Origin: Nanobdellota archaeon
GTDB lineage: Archaea; Nanobdellota; Nanobdellia; Pacearchaeales; GW2011-AR1
Reading direction: 5' to 3'
Assembly: GCA_038045705.1 (NCBI GenBank)
Contig: JBBSXO010000007.1
Span: forward strand, 1-45,593
DNA: 45,593 nt
Shown here: piece after piece, positions 16,972-26,610 of the stretch
Layout of the letters: each line of letters starts with the position of its first letter
Position numbering within the stretch: position 1 is the first letter of the stretch
Notes under the pieces: model-generated
What the model was told of the DNA's origin: nothing
Database searches by the model: none
What the model saw: only the letters and a program-made list of their open reading frames with translations
Position numbers and translations under genes: made by a program

Positions 16972-18099
16972 CTATCTCCAATATATCCAATCACTTACTG
17001 CTTCATCTGAAACAACATTATCGCCATAAGCCCTTACATAAATTCTGAATGGTTCGCCTGTTGGAGATTTTAGATTAGTTACTTTGTATTCATAAGATTC
17101 CTCTGGTTCTAAACTAACAAATGAGCTTTCAATAGAATCCCATACCTTGCTTTCATCTTTAGTTTGCAAAGCAACATATATTTTCATATTATCAGCAGTT
17201 TCAGAGCCTAGATTTGTTACAACTGCATTAACATCAGTATAGACGTTCAACCAATTGTATCTATAAGTAGAATCAAAATCTACATCTAAATAAGGTCTTT
17301 CATAAATTGGTGTTACTATAGCACTTTCACCAGCTACATTAGGAGGAACTTGCCCAATATTCCAGTTTTGACCAGTTGTTTCTAAATAACAATATTTTAT
17401 TCCATCTTGAGTATAATATGACTGTCCTGCTAAAGGTGTGCATTTTACGCCAACAGCCATGTGGTCTGAAAATCTAAGCAATGCAACACCATAACCTAAT
17501 TCATGAAGCATTGATGAGGCTAAGATAGCCGTATCTTCACAATCTCCACCATTATCATAAAATGTTTCATATGGAAATCTTGGATACTCATCAAAACCTG
17601 TCGTTACATCATCTGAAGTATAAGGAAGATTTTGAACAAATGAAATTATAAAATAAGGTATCTCGTCTCTACTTAATCCATTATCTAAACCATATTCTTC
17701 AAGAGATTCTGTCAATGATTTAATGAATGGTTTACTATAAGAATCAGAAGCGAATAAATCATATTCTCTTATCCTTTCCCTTTCCTTATAGACTTCATAG
17801 ACTTTAGGATACAAAGTCAAAGTTACACCATAATCATAATCTTGATATCCCCAATCAAACTCTCTGCTAAATTTTCCTTCTTCGTAATCAATTAATTCTT
17901 CTGGCTCTGTAGAACTTAAACTTCTTTCAATTAACTCGTTTTCGTTCTCATTTGGTTCGGTTACATAAACCGCTCCTTCTTGTAAAGTAGTATTTTCTGT
18001 CTGTGGTTCATCTCCACTAGAAAAGAACCAAAATAAGAGTATTAATCCAAATACTATCCACCAATAATTATTTTCTTCTTTTTTATGAGTTTTATCCAT
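16972..18099 (-). CDS. Casposon cargo: membrane-anchored transglutaminase-like cysteine protease with CARDB-like C-terminus
   Basis: FVQNLPY..D, YPRFPYET...GGDCEDTAIL, HMAVG, YLETT; V.N.G...A Ig-like tail. Confidence 0.8.
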   Translation of the reverse strand: MDKTHKKEENNYWWIVFGLILLFWFFSSGDEPQTENTTLQEGAVYVTEPNENENELIERSLSSTEPEELIDYEEGKFSREFDWGYQDYDYGVTLTLYPKVYEVYKERERIREYDLFASDSYSKPFIKSLTESLEEYGLDNGLSRDEIPYFIISFVQNLPYTSDDVTTGFDEYPRFPYETFYDNGGDCEDTAILASSMLHELGYGVALLRFSDHMAVGVKCTPLAGQSYYTQDGIKYCYLETTGQNWNIGQVPPNVAGESAIVTPIYERPYLDVDFDSTYRYNWLNVYTDVNAVVTNLGSETADNMKIYVALQTKDESKVWDSIESSFVSLEPEESYEYKVTNLKSPTGEPFRIYVRAYGDNVVSDEAVSDWIYWR

Positions 18100-18623
18100 T
18101 ATTTCATATACTTTACAAGTAAATCTCTATAAGATAAAACTACATTCTTATCCAGATTCTTGAAGAGAGACATATTCATCAAACTTTTGAAGCTACCGTT
18201 TAAATTGCTACCAAAATTATCCCCATTTAGACTTGCTTCATCATCTAAATTCTTGTATTGTTCTATTCCAATATATTTATTTGTCAATAAAATGATATAA
18301 CAATCTCTGTAAGGATAGTCTGTTTCTTTCTTGTAAATTCCATCAGTTCTATACTTTACTTCTACAAAATTTGCATTTCCTTCTTTATCTACAATAATGA
18401 AATCTGGAGCTTTTCTTATATGATTCTTTACATCTCCTTTAAGCAATCTTTCCTTACGAGCAAGAGTCGGACAAGTATTTTCATAGCCATAAGGAATAAC
18501 TTCAAATCCCAAATCTTCAAACATACACTTAACTATGGCTTCAGCAATCCTTCCTTTAACCATTTCTTCTTGTGCCATATTATTCTTTAAAATAACCCAT
18601 TTATATAATCTTAGATTCAACAA
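18099..18623 (-). CDS. Casposon cargo: PD-(D/E)xK nuclease-family protein (likely start 18578)
   Basis: G..AE, PDFII, FVEVK motifs. Confidence 0.75.
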   Translation of the reverse strand: MLNLRLYKWVILKNNMAQEEMVKGRIAEAIVKCMFEDLGFEVIPYGYENTCPTLARKERLLKGDVKNHIRKAPDFIIVDKEGNANFVEVKYRTDGIYKKETDYPYRDCYIILLTNKYIGIEQYKNLDDEASLNGDNFGSNLNGSFKSLMNMSLFKNLDKNVVLSYRDLLVKYMK

Positions 18624-19015
18624 TTAAGATAGTTTACTTTGTTTCCGATACCGCTCTGCATTACTTCTGGATTATGAACACCATTACAGAGATTAATTAT
18701 ATTGTCAATTCCGCTTAATGAAAGTGAAGATATCTTTGTATTTTTAGTAACGGTCACTTCATTATCTGTTCCACTTACAAGCAAATTAACAACATTAGCA
18801 TTATTTACAGTTTTTACTTCGCCAATTCCACTAATAGATACCGTTTGAGTTTGTCCATTATATTGATTTTCAGCACCATAATTAATGGTTGGAGTATTGG
18901 TATCTGTTCTTTCGTAAGTCCCTATTTTTACTCCAAATCCTATCACAAATAATAGAATTACAACTAAGGCTATCCAAAAGACATTCTTCCAGTCATTTTC
19001 CTTATTTTCTTTCAT
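18617..19015 (-). CDS. Casposon cargo: membrane-anchored beta-solenoid (DUF3060-like) protein
   Basis: TM helix followed by repeated SGxxNxV units. Confidence 0.65.
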   Translation of the reverse strand: MKENKENDWKNVFWIALVVILLFVIGFGVKIGTYERTDTNTPTINYGAENQYNGQTQTVSISGIGEVKTVNNANVVNLLVSGTDNEVTVTKNTKISSLSLSGIDNIINLCNGVHNPEVMQSGIGNKVNYLNC

Positions 19016-19073
19016 ATTATCAGTCCACTAATTAATGGATTGCGTCTTTTAAACCTTACCATCTATTAGTGGA

Positions 19074-19298
19074 ATGAGTAGAAGGAAAGGGTTAGATGTA
19101 AAGAAAAAGATTCTCCAAATCCTAAAAGAAGATGGCGAAACGACATTAGGCGAACTAGAAAGAAAAACAAACACTAATAATATAACAATTTTAAGCCATT
19201 TAGAAGAACTTGAGTATTTCGGAAAGGTGCAAATAATCAAACATCAGAAAAGCGAAAAAACTGGACGACCATATACAACCGTCAAATTGAAGAATTAA
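19074..19298 (+). CDS. Winged-helix DNA-binding protein
   Basis: ILQILK..GETTLGELER...ILSHLEELE..G.V...GRP pattern. Confidence 0.8.
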   Translation: MSRRKGLDVKKKILQILKEDGETTLGELERKTNTNNITILSHLEELEYFGKVQIIKHQKSEKTGRPYTTVKLKN

Positions 19299-20197
19299 CG
19301 TTTAATCTTTTCTTTCTCATTCTTCTCGTAATACTCTTCCAAAATCTTATATCTAGTTTCAACATGGAATCTTTCTATTAATATTCCTACAATTATCATA
19401 CCCATACCAATCCAAGTATTAACATTTTCAAATAAATTACCTGACCCGTATCCAGCTGAAAATACTCCTACTCCTATTGAAATTAAAGATACTGACAAAG
19501 TTTCATATTTTGATAATCTTAGTTTATTGAGTTCTATTTTCTTTTCAGCAATCTTATAATCTTCTTCTCTAAGGTTTATTCGAAGAACCCTTATTAATAT
19601 TATAAAAAGAACCATTGTAAGACCAAAAGACAAAGCGAAACTATATTTTCCATTAAACAAGAAGAATATTAATAAAATAACTGAACTAACAATGACTACC
19701 CATCCCCAAAATCCCAAACTTCCTCTAGATTCTTTCATTTTATTATCTGGGTTAATCAAACCTGTCAACTTTTTAAAGTAATTGGACATATTTCTCAAAA
19801 AGAATATTGTTGCTAAAACTGCGGAGGCTAATATTAGGAAGTTAGTTTTCCAACCAGCTTGTATATATTCAGGGAATGCTACAACTGATTTGATAATTCC
19901 TAAAAGAGATAAAGTTATAAAAATTAAGACTATTGTGGAAGTAGTTATGAAATCAAATATAAATCCCTCATATTTTATCTTAATTCTATTGTTAAATCCA
20001 TAGTTAAGTGCTAATACCAAAAAGTAGACTATATACATCCATAGAAGAAAGTCAAAAAATATATTTGATACAAACTTCAATGAAAGTTTTACATTAATTA
20101 TTTCAAATGTCTCTTCTGTAATAGTTTGCTTGATTCCAAAGAAAATAGCCAGAATGCCAGCCATAATTGTTATCCTAATAGTTTCTTCGTTATTCAT
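19295..20197 (-). CDS. Casposon cargo: polytopic membrane protein
   Basis: About 8 hydrophobic segments; ATGA-coupled to cas1. Confidence 0.7.
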   Translation of the reverse strand: MNNEETIRITIMAGILAIFFGIKQTITEETFEIINVKLSLKFVSNIFFDFLLWMYIVYFLVLALNYGFNNRIKIKYEGFIFDFITTSTIVLIFITLSLLGIIKSVVAFPEYIQAGWKTNFLILASAVLATIFFLRNMSNYFKKLTGLINPDNKMKESRGSLGFWGWVVIVSSVILLIFFLFNGKYSFALSFGLTMVLFIILIRVLRINLREEDYKIAEKKIELNKLRLSKYETLSVSLISIGVGVFSAGYGSGNLFENVNTWIGMGMIIVGILIERFHVETRYKILEEYYEKNEKEKIKR

Positions 20198-21384
20198 TTT
20201 ACTTTCAAGAGTTTTTCCTCAACGCTTTTATTCAAACTAAAGGCTTTATCTTCTTTTACCTTATGCTTTAGGTCATGCAAGGTTGCTTTAGAATATCCTA
20301 AGTCTTTCCACTTCTTGTAAGATACTCCTTTGATTATCTCTCTCACTTCATGAGTATCATCTCTGTTTAAATCAAACAAAGGTTCATGTAATTTACAAGA
20401 ACTAACTTTACCTAAGATGAAATGTGCTAGTTCTCTGGTTTGTTCTACTAAAACATTTCCCCAGCCATATTCTTTACCCTTGAAGTTCACTTTTTTACTA
20501 AACCAAATTTGAATCTCTTCCATTAGCTTCTTAGCTCCAGAAGGTCTTAAACGCAGATTGTAGTTTTCAGTTCTGATAAAATCTTTATCTTGCATCTTCT
20601 TTTTTTCAATAGCGGAAATAACAGCTAAATCAATAAGGAATCTAAAAGGTTCTTGTAAGTCATAAGCTAGACTATTACTTCCCATTTTCATTTCGTGTAA
20701 GAAACCAACATGAGCATCTAAACCAACCATATTGATAGCTCTCAAACATTCTGCTTCGAGTATAGCATACCCATAGTTTAACATGCAATTAATTTTATCA
20801 CTAGCTCCGTAAGGCTTTTTAGCATATTCTCTTCTATCAAATTCATAGCTTTCAGGAATGGTCTTTCTAATCTCTTTCCAATAAAGGATAGCTGTTCTTG
20901 CCTCTGCCCTTATTACTTCTGGAATATTACTGGCATCTTCTAACCTATCTTCTTCTGTTAAGAAGTTATAATTTATTTCTGGATATCTTGATTTAAGCCA
21001 ATCAAGTAATATCTTGGAGCGAGTAACCTTAGCTTCAACGAACTTTTTGGCTATCTCCAATCTTAAACTAGAATCCTTATAAGAGGAATATTGTGCAAAT
21101 TTGGTCTTAACTTGAACACTTTCAGGTGGAAGCATCGTAGTAAGTAACTTTCCATCCCAATTAAGAATAGTAACTGCTACGTTGTGTTTGATAAGCCATC
21201 TAATCGCTTCAAGGCTTATATCTCCAGACCTTCCATAGATTACTACGTTATCATAGGGGATTCTTTTAGGTCTAAAGACATGAAGTTTAGGTTCTTCTGT
21301 TGAATATCTACCTTCTTTAACGTAAAGCCTCGCTTTATCAACTGAAAAGTGTATTCCATGCCCATTAAGTAGAAGAAACCTCAT
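20194..21384 (-). CDS. cas1: Casposase (solo Cas1) with C-terminal HTH
   Basis: G.ISLEAIRWL, AEART (catalytic Glu), NCMLNYGYAIL, GLDAHVGFLHE (His), LAYDLQEPFR (Asp/Glu); extra C-terminal HTH; no cas2 or array. Confidence 0.95.
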   Translation of the reverse strand: MRFLLLNGHGIHFSVDKARLYVKEGRYSTEEPKLHVFRPKRIPYDNVVIYGRSGDISLEAIRWLIKHNVAVTILNWDGKLLTTMLPPESVQVKTKFAQYSSYKDSSLRLEIAKKFVEAKVTRSKILLDWLKSRYPEINYNFLTEEDRLEDASNIPEVIRAEARTAILYWKEIRKTIPESYEFDRREYAKKPYGASDKINCMLNYGYAILEAECLRAINMVGLDAHVGFLHEMKMGSNSLAYDLQEPFRFLIDLAVISAIEKKKMQDKDFIRTENYNLRLRPSGAKKLMEEIQIWFSKKVNFKGKEYGWGNVLVEQTRELAHFILGKVSSCKLHEPLFDLNRDDTHEVREIIKGVSYKKWKDLGYSKATLHDLKHKVKEDKAFSLNKSVEEKLLKVK

Positions 21385-21497
21385 GAAAATTCCCCTAAAG
21401 TGTCAAAAATGTCGAAAGAATGAGACAAATGGAATGAATGAAAAACTCGTTTAAGTGGTTTAACTGCATTATGTTCGTTTTGTTTAGTTTGTTTCAT
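21381..21497 (-). CDS. 38-aa coupling/leader ORF (MKQTKQNEHNAVKPLKRVFHSFHLSHSFDIFDTLGEFS)
   Basis: Starts immediately after the upstream stop (TAA-ATG) and ends in an ATGA overlap with cas1. Confidence 0.45.
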   Translation of the reverse strand: MKQTKQNEHNAVKPLKRVFHSFHLSHSFDIFDTLGEFS

Positions 21498-22169
21498 TTA
21501 ATCCTTTAAAATTTTCAAAATCATGTGGGATGGACTCCCTATCATAAGGTGGTCTCCCATTATGGCTTTTTCAATTGAGTCTGGAATGATAAGACTGGTA
21601 AAAATGAAGTCTCTTTTCATATAATAGACTGAATTTCTATATTCTATATTTTTAGGATTATTCTCAACCTCATCTAAAAATTGCTTTCTAAAGTATTTGT
21701 TCTTCCAAAACTCATTCTTAACAGCTTCGTATCTATCCAAATCTTGTTTTGGATTATAACCATTCAATATAGGTTTAAGCGGATAAATTCTTTTAATGGC
21801 TAAAAACTCTATGATTAAAGATTTTATAGAACCTATAGGGTCTGCCCTTATTGGATTCCAAAAGCGAGACAAAACTAATTCCATAAATTCTCTTTCTTCC
21901 TTGTTGAAGTCTCCAATTAAACTTAACTTTGCTCTAAAGAGTTTCTTATTCCCACTAATAACTGACAAGTCTTTTCTTTCTATCCAATTCATATCATCAA
22001 ATTTTTTCAGCCATTTAAGAATTCCAGACCTTGCATTTCTCTTTCCATAAATTTGTTGTGCTAAATCGGAAGGAGATTGGTCTTCTTTTAGGAGCAATCC
22101 AATCATCTTTTTTGGAACTACTTTCTCCAAAATATCCTTATTTTTAGTCTTTGTATTGATTTTTCTCAT
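21498..22169 (-). CDS. Casposon HTH-domain regulator
   Basis: N-terminal wHTH-like LLLKEDQSPSDLAQQIY...ILKWLKKF..MNWIE. Confidence 0.65.
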   Translation of the reverse strand: MRKINTKTKNKDILEKVVPKKMIGLLLKEDQSPSDLAQQIYGKRNARSGILKWLKKFDDMNWIERKDLSVISGNKKLFRAKLSLIGDFNKEEREFMELVLSRFWNPIRADPIGSIKSLIIEFLAIKRIYPLKPILNGYNPKQDLDRYEAVKNEFWKNKYFRKQFLDEVENNPKNIEYRNSVYYMKRDFIFTSLIIPDSIEKAIMGDHLMIGSPSHMILKILKD

Positions 22170-22249
22170 GTTAATACGATGGTGTGTATTTTATATACAA
22201 GTATACTATTCAGATACCTATATATAAATGTTTCTCTATCATAAAGAAT
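22170..22249. promoter_or_regulatory. Divergent promoter between the cas1 and polB operons
   Basis: 80-bp gap with TATA-like boxes (TTTATATA, TATATAAA) and palindromes AGTATACT and TGTAT-N5-ATACA. Confidence 0.55.
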
Positions 22250-22426
22250 ATGACGATAAATCAACTAAATTGCCAAAGATGTAACCATATTTGGATACCA
22301 AGAATTGAACCTGTAAAAGAGTGTCCGAAATGCAAATCTAGAATTTGGAATAAACCAAAATCTATTTCGGAATTGTTTAAACAAATGTTCGGAGGCTTAA
22401 ATGGTAAAACTAAAAACGTTAGCTAG
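22250..22426 (+). CDS. Small Zn-ribbon protein
   Basis: CQRCNHIW...CPKCKSRIW; ATG at 22250 preferred over GTG at 22184. Confidence 0.8.
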   Translation: MTINQLNCQRCNHIWIPRIEPVKECPKCKSRIWNKPKSISELFKQMFGGLNGKTKNVS

Positions 22427-22910
22427 AGTTGCTTGGGCTAAATTAAGTTCAATACAGAAAAGTCAAAGAAACAAAGCTTTTGAAATTCTAAGGATGATGA
22501 AAAAAGGAGACTCTTTTACTTCAGCTTTGAAAGAAGTAGATATAAGTTCGCTCTTAGCAAAGAAGCATCTGGGTAGAGCTATTTTCAAAAAAGCTGGAAG
22601 ATTCAAAGCCACTAAATCAGATTCTATTCAAAGAAGAATAGAATTTTATAGCAAAACAAAAGGAAGAATCTTCATCACTGTAAGAAATTCTAGAGATGCT
22701 TCTCTAATTGGAGAATACTTCTCTGCTGTAAGAAAAGCAAAACCTACTGGTGAAACTTCTGAATTAGATAGATTCAAAGGAAAAATAGTAATAGATGCTG
22801 ATGGCGAAGCTCATAAATTCGAGACTGACATTGATAAGATTTTTGAAATTGAAGAATCAATAGAAGAACCAGAATTCAGAGATGATATTTATGAAGAGGT
22901 TTCCTTATGA
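22401..22910 (+). CDS. Basic hypothetical protein, probable HTH
   Basis: GGAGG RBS; LRMMKKGDSFTSALKEVDIS helix-turn-helix-like segment. Confidence 0.7.
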   Translation: MVKLKTLARVAWAKLSSIQKSQRNKAFEILRMMKKGDSFTSALKEVDISSLLAKKHLGRAIFKKAGRFKATKSDSIQRRIEFYSKTKGRIFITVRNSRDASLIGEYFSAVRKAKPTGETSELDRFKGKIVIDADGEAHKFETDIDKIFEIEESIEEPEFRDDIYEEVSL

Positions 22911-23263
22911 ATAAAAAAGAAATTTCAGATAAATTCTTTAGCCTTATTAGAAATAAAAAAGAACTAACACCTATGTGCTTTCTTTGTGGAGAAGACAGCG
23001 AGACAGTTCTTAGAAAGTTAGAGGCACATCACGTATTTGGAAAGGCTATTTCCGATGAAATGGTTAACTTGTGTTTGAATTGTCATACAAAGATAACAGA
23101 TAAACAGAATATAGTAAAAACAAAAAACAGAGTGGAGTTTTCTTCAGAAGATGAGAAGCTAGGTTTTCAACTAATATGCTCTGGTAAAATGTTAGAATTA
23201 ATTGGTGAGAGATGGCAAGATATAGGATTCAAATTTATACAAAATGGACAACTTATTTCTTAG
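22907..23263 (+). CDS. HNH endonuclease
   Basis: CFLCGE...LEAHHVFG...LCLNCH. Confidence 0.85.
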   Translation: MNKKEISDKFFSLIRNKKELTPMCFLCGEDSETVLRKLEAHHVFGKAISDEMVNLCLNCHTKITDKQNIVKTKNRVEFSSEDEKLGFQLICSGKMLELIGERWQDIGFKFIQNGQLIS

Positions 23264-25835
23264 AACTTATACGAGATTGAAAAAGAAGAAAAAGAAGAAA
23301 GAGTTTCACAAACCAGATTTTTATCAAGACAAAGCAGTTTTTGTGTTTGATACTGAAACAACTACAGACTTCAAAATGGGATTAAAAGTTGGTTATTTTC
23401 AATTATATATTAATAATTTATTAATTCACCAAGGTCTATTTTACAAAGAAGCAACAAATGAAGAAATAAAAATAATATATAGATATGCTAAAAGAAACAA
23501 TATTAAGGTCTATAAGGTAGAAGATTTTAGAAAATATGTCTTTTATCCAGTTGTTTTTAACTTTAGAGCTTTATGTTTAGCATATAATCTTCCCTTTGAT
23601 ATACCTAGAATATCCATTAGACACACACAAGCCAAAAAGAAAGAAAGTGGAGGTTTTTCATTTATTTTATCTGAAAATAGTGCTTTACCTAGAATTGTTT
23701 CTAAACAACTTAACTCTGAAACTACTACGGTTAGATTCTCACAAAGCCTATACAATAAACATTTCTTTAATGGAAACTTTCTTGATGTGCAAAAATTAGC
23801 TTGTGTTTTACTTGAAAGAAAGAAGATTAGTTTAGAAGAAGCTTGTGAAGTTCTAAAAACAAAGACCAGAAAGAAAGAAACGGATAAGCATGGAAAGATA
23901 ACTTTTGAATATTTAGATTATTTAATTAAGGACGTTAGAGCTACTTATGAAGTTTATCTAAAATTAAAAGAAAGATTTGAAAGTTATCAAATCAATATTC
24001 CATTAACTGATATATTTTCTTCAGCATCTTTGGGTAAAAATGCATTAAAACAAATGGGGATTAGTTCGTTTCATGAGCAAAATCCAGATTTCAAGTTTGA
24101 AATTTTGGGTAATGTAATGATTTGCTATTATGGTGGAAGAGTTGAGGTTTTAATGCGAAAAGAACCAGTGAAGGTATCTGTTCTTGACTTTACCTCTATG
24201 TATCCAACAATTACTTTGCTAATTGGTCTTTGGGATTTTATTATTGCAGATAGAATAGAATATCAATATTGCACTTCAGAAATTATAGAATTATTAAAAA
24301 AGATAACATTAGAAGACCTAAGAAATCCTGAAACATGGAAAAAACTAGCTGTAATTGTTAAAATAAAGCCAAATGCCGAAGAACTTCCCGTAAGAAGTAT
24401 CTACAATTCAGAATCAAAAACACACTCAATTGCAATAAATAAACTAACTTTCAATGGAGAGATTTTTTATTCATTAGCAGACATTATTAGACATAAGCTA
24501 CAAACTGGTAACTTTCCAGAGATTATCGAAGCAATTAAATTTGTGCCACTTGGTAAACAGCAAACTTTACAAAAAACACAAATTCTTGGAACGGAATTTA
24601 ATCCATCAGAAGAAAACTTTATTAAGAAATTAGTTGAAGAGAGATATAAAATAAAAGAAAGTAATCCAGAAAAAGCAGATTCTCTAAAAATAATAGCTAA
24701 TTCAACTACTTACGGAATATTCATACAACTTGACCCAGAGGATGAAGAAAAAGAATTGGATGTTTATGGAATTGAGAAATTTAGTTCAAAGTCCATTTTT
24801 GAAAAAGAAGGAGAATATTACAATCCTATAATTGCTGTATCTATAACTGCTGGAGCTAGATTATTATTGACTATGGCTGAATTGTTTCTTCAGTCCAGAG
24901 GCTATAAACATTATTACATGGACACAGATAGTATATTTGTTCCACCAGAAGTCGCAGATGAATTAAGCGATTTCTTTCAAACTCTCAATCCTTATGATTT
25001 GGGCATTAGAGTTTTAAAAATTGAAAAAAGAGACAAATGGCTTTATGCTATAGCCTCTAAGCGTTATGTTTTATATGATTTAGTTAATGGAAAGATAGTA
25101 ATTGACCCAGACCCTCAAAAGAAAGAGTATAAATTACACGGTCTTGGACATATAACTAATCCATTTGGAAAAGATGAAAAGTATTGGCACTATAAAATAT
25201 GGGAAGACATACTCAAATTACATTATGGACAAATTACTTATAAAGACTTATTTGAAAAATATTCAAAAATGTTTGTAGTTAGTAAAATGTCAATTACAAA
25301 TTGGAAAATTATGAATTTGTTCAAGAATGTAAATGGTGCTACACCATATAATTTCTACCTTAGAGGGATTGGACGTAAACTAAAGGATAAGGTGATTAAA
25401 CCTATTGCTCCATATACTAAAGATTATCAGAGTGTTGTTTATGAGCCTTTCATTAATTTAGAAAATGGAGAAGTTATGCAAGGAGAAGAAAATTGGAAAA
25501 CTTTGTATAACCAAATAATTGACTATATCAACCATCCAGAATCTAAGTTTGATGGTGATATTGGTTTATTGAAACGCAAACATGTAAGACCAAAAGAGAT
25601 TGTATGGATTGGGAAAGAATCAAACAAGATAAATGAAGATTTGACTGAAGAAATCAAAGCTACCACATACAAGGATATTGGCAAAGATAGGAAAATTATT
25701 CTAAATATGAGTAATCAAGAAGCTGAAAAGAGAGATGTTTCAAGACCTACTTTATGGAAAATTCAGAAAAGACTTAGAAAGAACCCTAAGAAGTTTAATT
25801 GGAAGACTAGGTCTGTTAAGAGGTTAATCACATAA
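23244..25835 (+). CDS. polB: Casposon family-B DNA polymerase
   Basis: Exo I FDTET, Exo II YNLPFD, Exo III YLIKDV, YYGGR, motif A DFTSMYP, motif B KIIANSTTYG, motif C YMDTDS; C-terminal HTH-like tail. Confidence 0.95.
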   Translation: MDNLFLRTYTRLKKKKKKKEFHKPDFYQDKAVFVFDTETTTDFKMGLKVGYFQLYINNLLIHQGLFYKEATNEEIKIIYRYAKRNNIKVYKVEDFRKYVFYPVVFNFRALCLAYNLPFDIPRISIRHTQAKKKESGGFSFILSENSALPRIVSKQLNSETTTVRFSQSLYNKHFFNGNFLDVQKLACVLLERKKISLEEACEVLKTKTRKKETDKHGKITFEYLDYLIKDVRATYEVYLKLKERFESYQINIPLTDIFSSASLGKNALKQMGISSFHEQNPDFKFEILGNVMICYYGGRVEVLMRKEPVKVSVLDFTSMYPTITLLIGLWDFIIADRIEYQYCTSEIIELLKKITLEDLRNPETWKKLAVIVKIKPNAEELPVRSIYNSESKTHSIAINKLTFNGEIFYSLADIIRHKLQTGNFPEIIEAIKFVPLGKQQTLQKTQILGTEFNPSEENFIKKLVEERYKIKESNPEKADSLKIIANSTTYGIFIQLDPEDEEKELDVYGIEKFSSKSIFEKEGEYYNPIIAVSITAGARLLLTMAELFLQSRGYKHYYMDTDSIFVPPEVADELSDFFQTLNPYDLGIRVLKIEKRDKWLYAIASKRYVLYDLVNGKIVIDPDPQKKEYKLHGLGHITNPFGKDEKYWHYKIWEDILKLHYGQITYKDLFEKYSKMFVVSKMSITNWKIMNLFKNVNGATPYNFYLRGIGRKLKDKVIKPIAPYTKDYQSVVYEPFINLENGEVMQGEENWKTLYNQIIDYINHPESKFDGDIGLLKRKHVRPKEIVWIGKESNKINEDLTEEIKATTYKDIGKDRKIILNMSNQEAEKRDVSRPTLWKIQKRLRKNPKKFNWKTRSVKRLIT

Positions 25836-25867
25836 ATTCTTATATATCTATAAAAATAATCATTTTC

Positions 25868-26053
25868 ATGACTGAAGCAACAAAAAAGAAATCTGAAAAG
25901 GATTTGTCCATGTCTGGACAAAGAGATGAATCTCAAATAATGAAATATTTGGTAGGAGTTCCAGAGTCTTTATCTGGCAAAAAGAAACAGCCTGTAGCTG
26001 ACACATCACAAGGTTCTGAAAATCCAAAAGATATCCCTACAGACCAAGATTAA
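25868..26053 (+). CDS. Small hydrophilic hypothetical protein
   Basis: 61-aa ORF with TATA-like box upstream; overlaps the next gene convergently. Confidence 0.5.
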   Translation: MTEATKKKSEKDLSMSGQRDESQIMKYLVGVPESLSGKKKQPVADTSQGSENPKDIPTDQD

Positions 26054-26559
26054 AGAGAGTATATCCCAAAAATTTCTGAAGTATTAAATTGTATGGTCTT
26101 CCAATCAAGTTCTATTTCTTTGTTATTTTTATCTACCTCGATAATTTTATTTGAAGAATTACCTTTAATAGTAATGAAATAAGGATTTGATGAAGAAATA
26201 ACTGCCTTAAACCTCTTCCCATTCTTCAATTTAATCAAAAACCATTTATCTTTTTGTTCAGTAGTTCTTGAAAGTAACGCCCATATCCAAAGAGCTATGA
26301 CTAAAATAAATGTCAGCCAAAAATAAAAAACCCAAAAATTCCATTCTAGCCTATTTTGAAAGTATAATGATAAGAGGGTAATAAAACCACCACTTACAAA
26401 GAGGAATAAAGCTAATTCCCATTTTTCTTGAAACTTGTCAAATTTTGTAAATCTTTCAAGGAAGTAAAAGACAATATAGGGGAGACCAAGCAAAATAAGA
26501 ATATGCAATAAAGTTATTTCTGTAAATCTAACATCTAAAAAATCTGGTGAGATAACCAT
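26050..26559 (-). CDS. Casposon cargo: 3-TM protein with small beta-barrel (Sm-like) C-terminus
   Basis: Three TM helices followed by IKLKNGKRFKAVI. Confidence 0.65.
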   Translation of the reverse strand: MVISPDFLDVRFTEITLLHILILLGLPYIVFYFLERFTKFDKFQEKWELALFLFVSGGFITLLSLYFQNRLEWNFWVFYFWLTFILVIALWIWALLSRTTEQKDKWFLIKLKNGKRFKAVISSSNPYFITIKGNSSNKIIEVDKNNKEIELDWKTIQFNTSEIFGIYSL

Positions 26560-26610
26560 AAAAATGATTCAAAAAACTCTTATTTAAGGATATGTGGAAT
26601 AGAAAAAGAG

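Noticed and set aside
20194-21384. cas1 as evidence of a CRISPR-Cas locus
   Set aside because: There is no cas2, effector gene or repeat-spacer array. The gene lies inside a TIR/TSD-bounded element with PolB.
23244-25835. Provirus or host replicative polymerase
   Set aside because: There are no capsid, packaging or tyrosine-integrase genes. The TIR and Cas1 context identifies it as casposon PolB.
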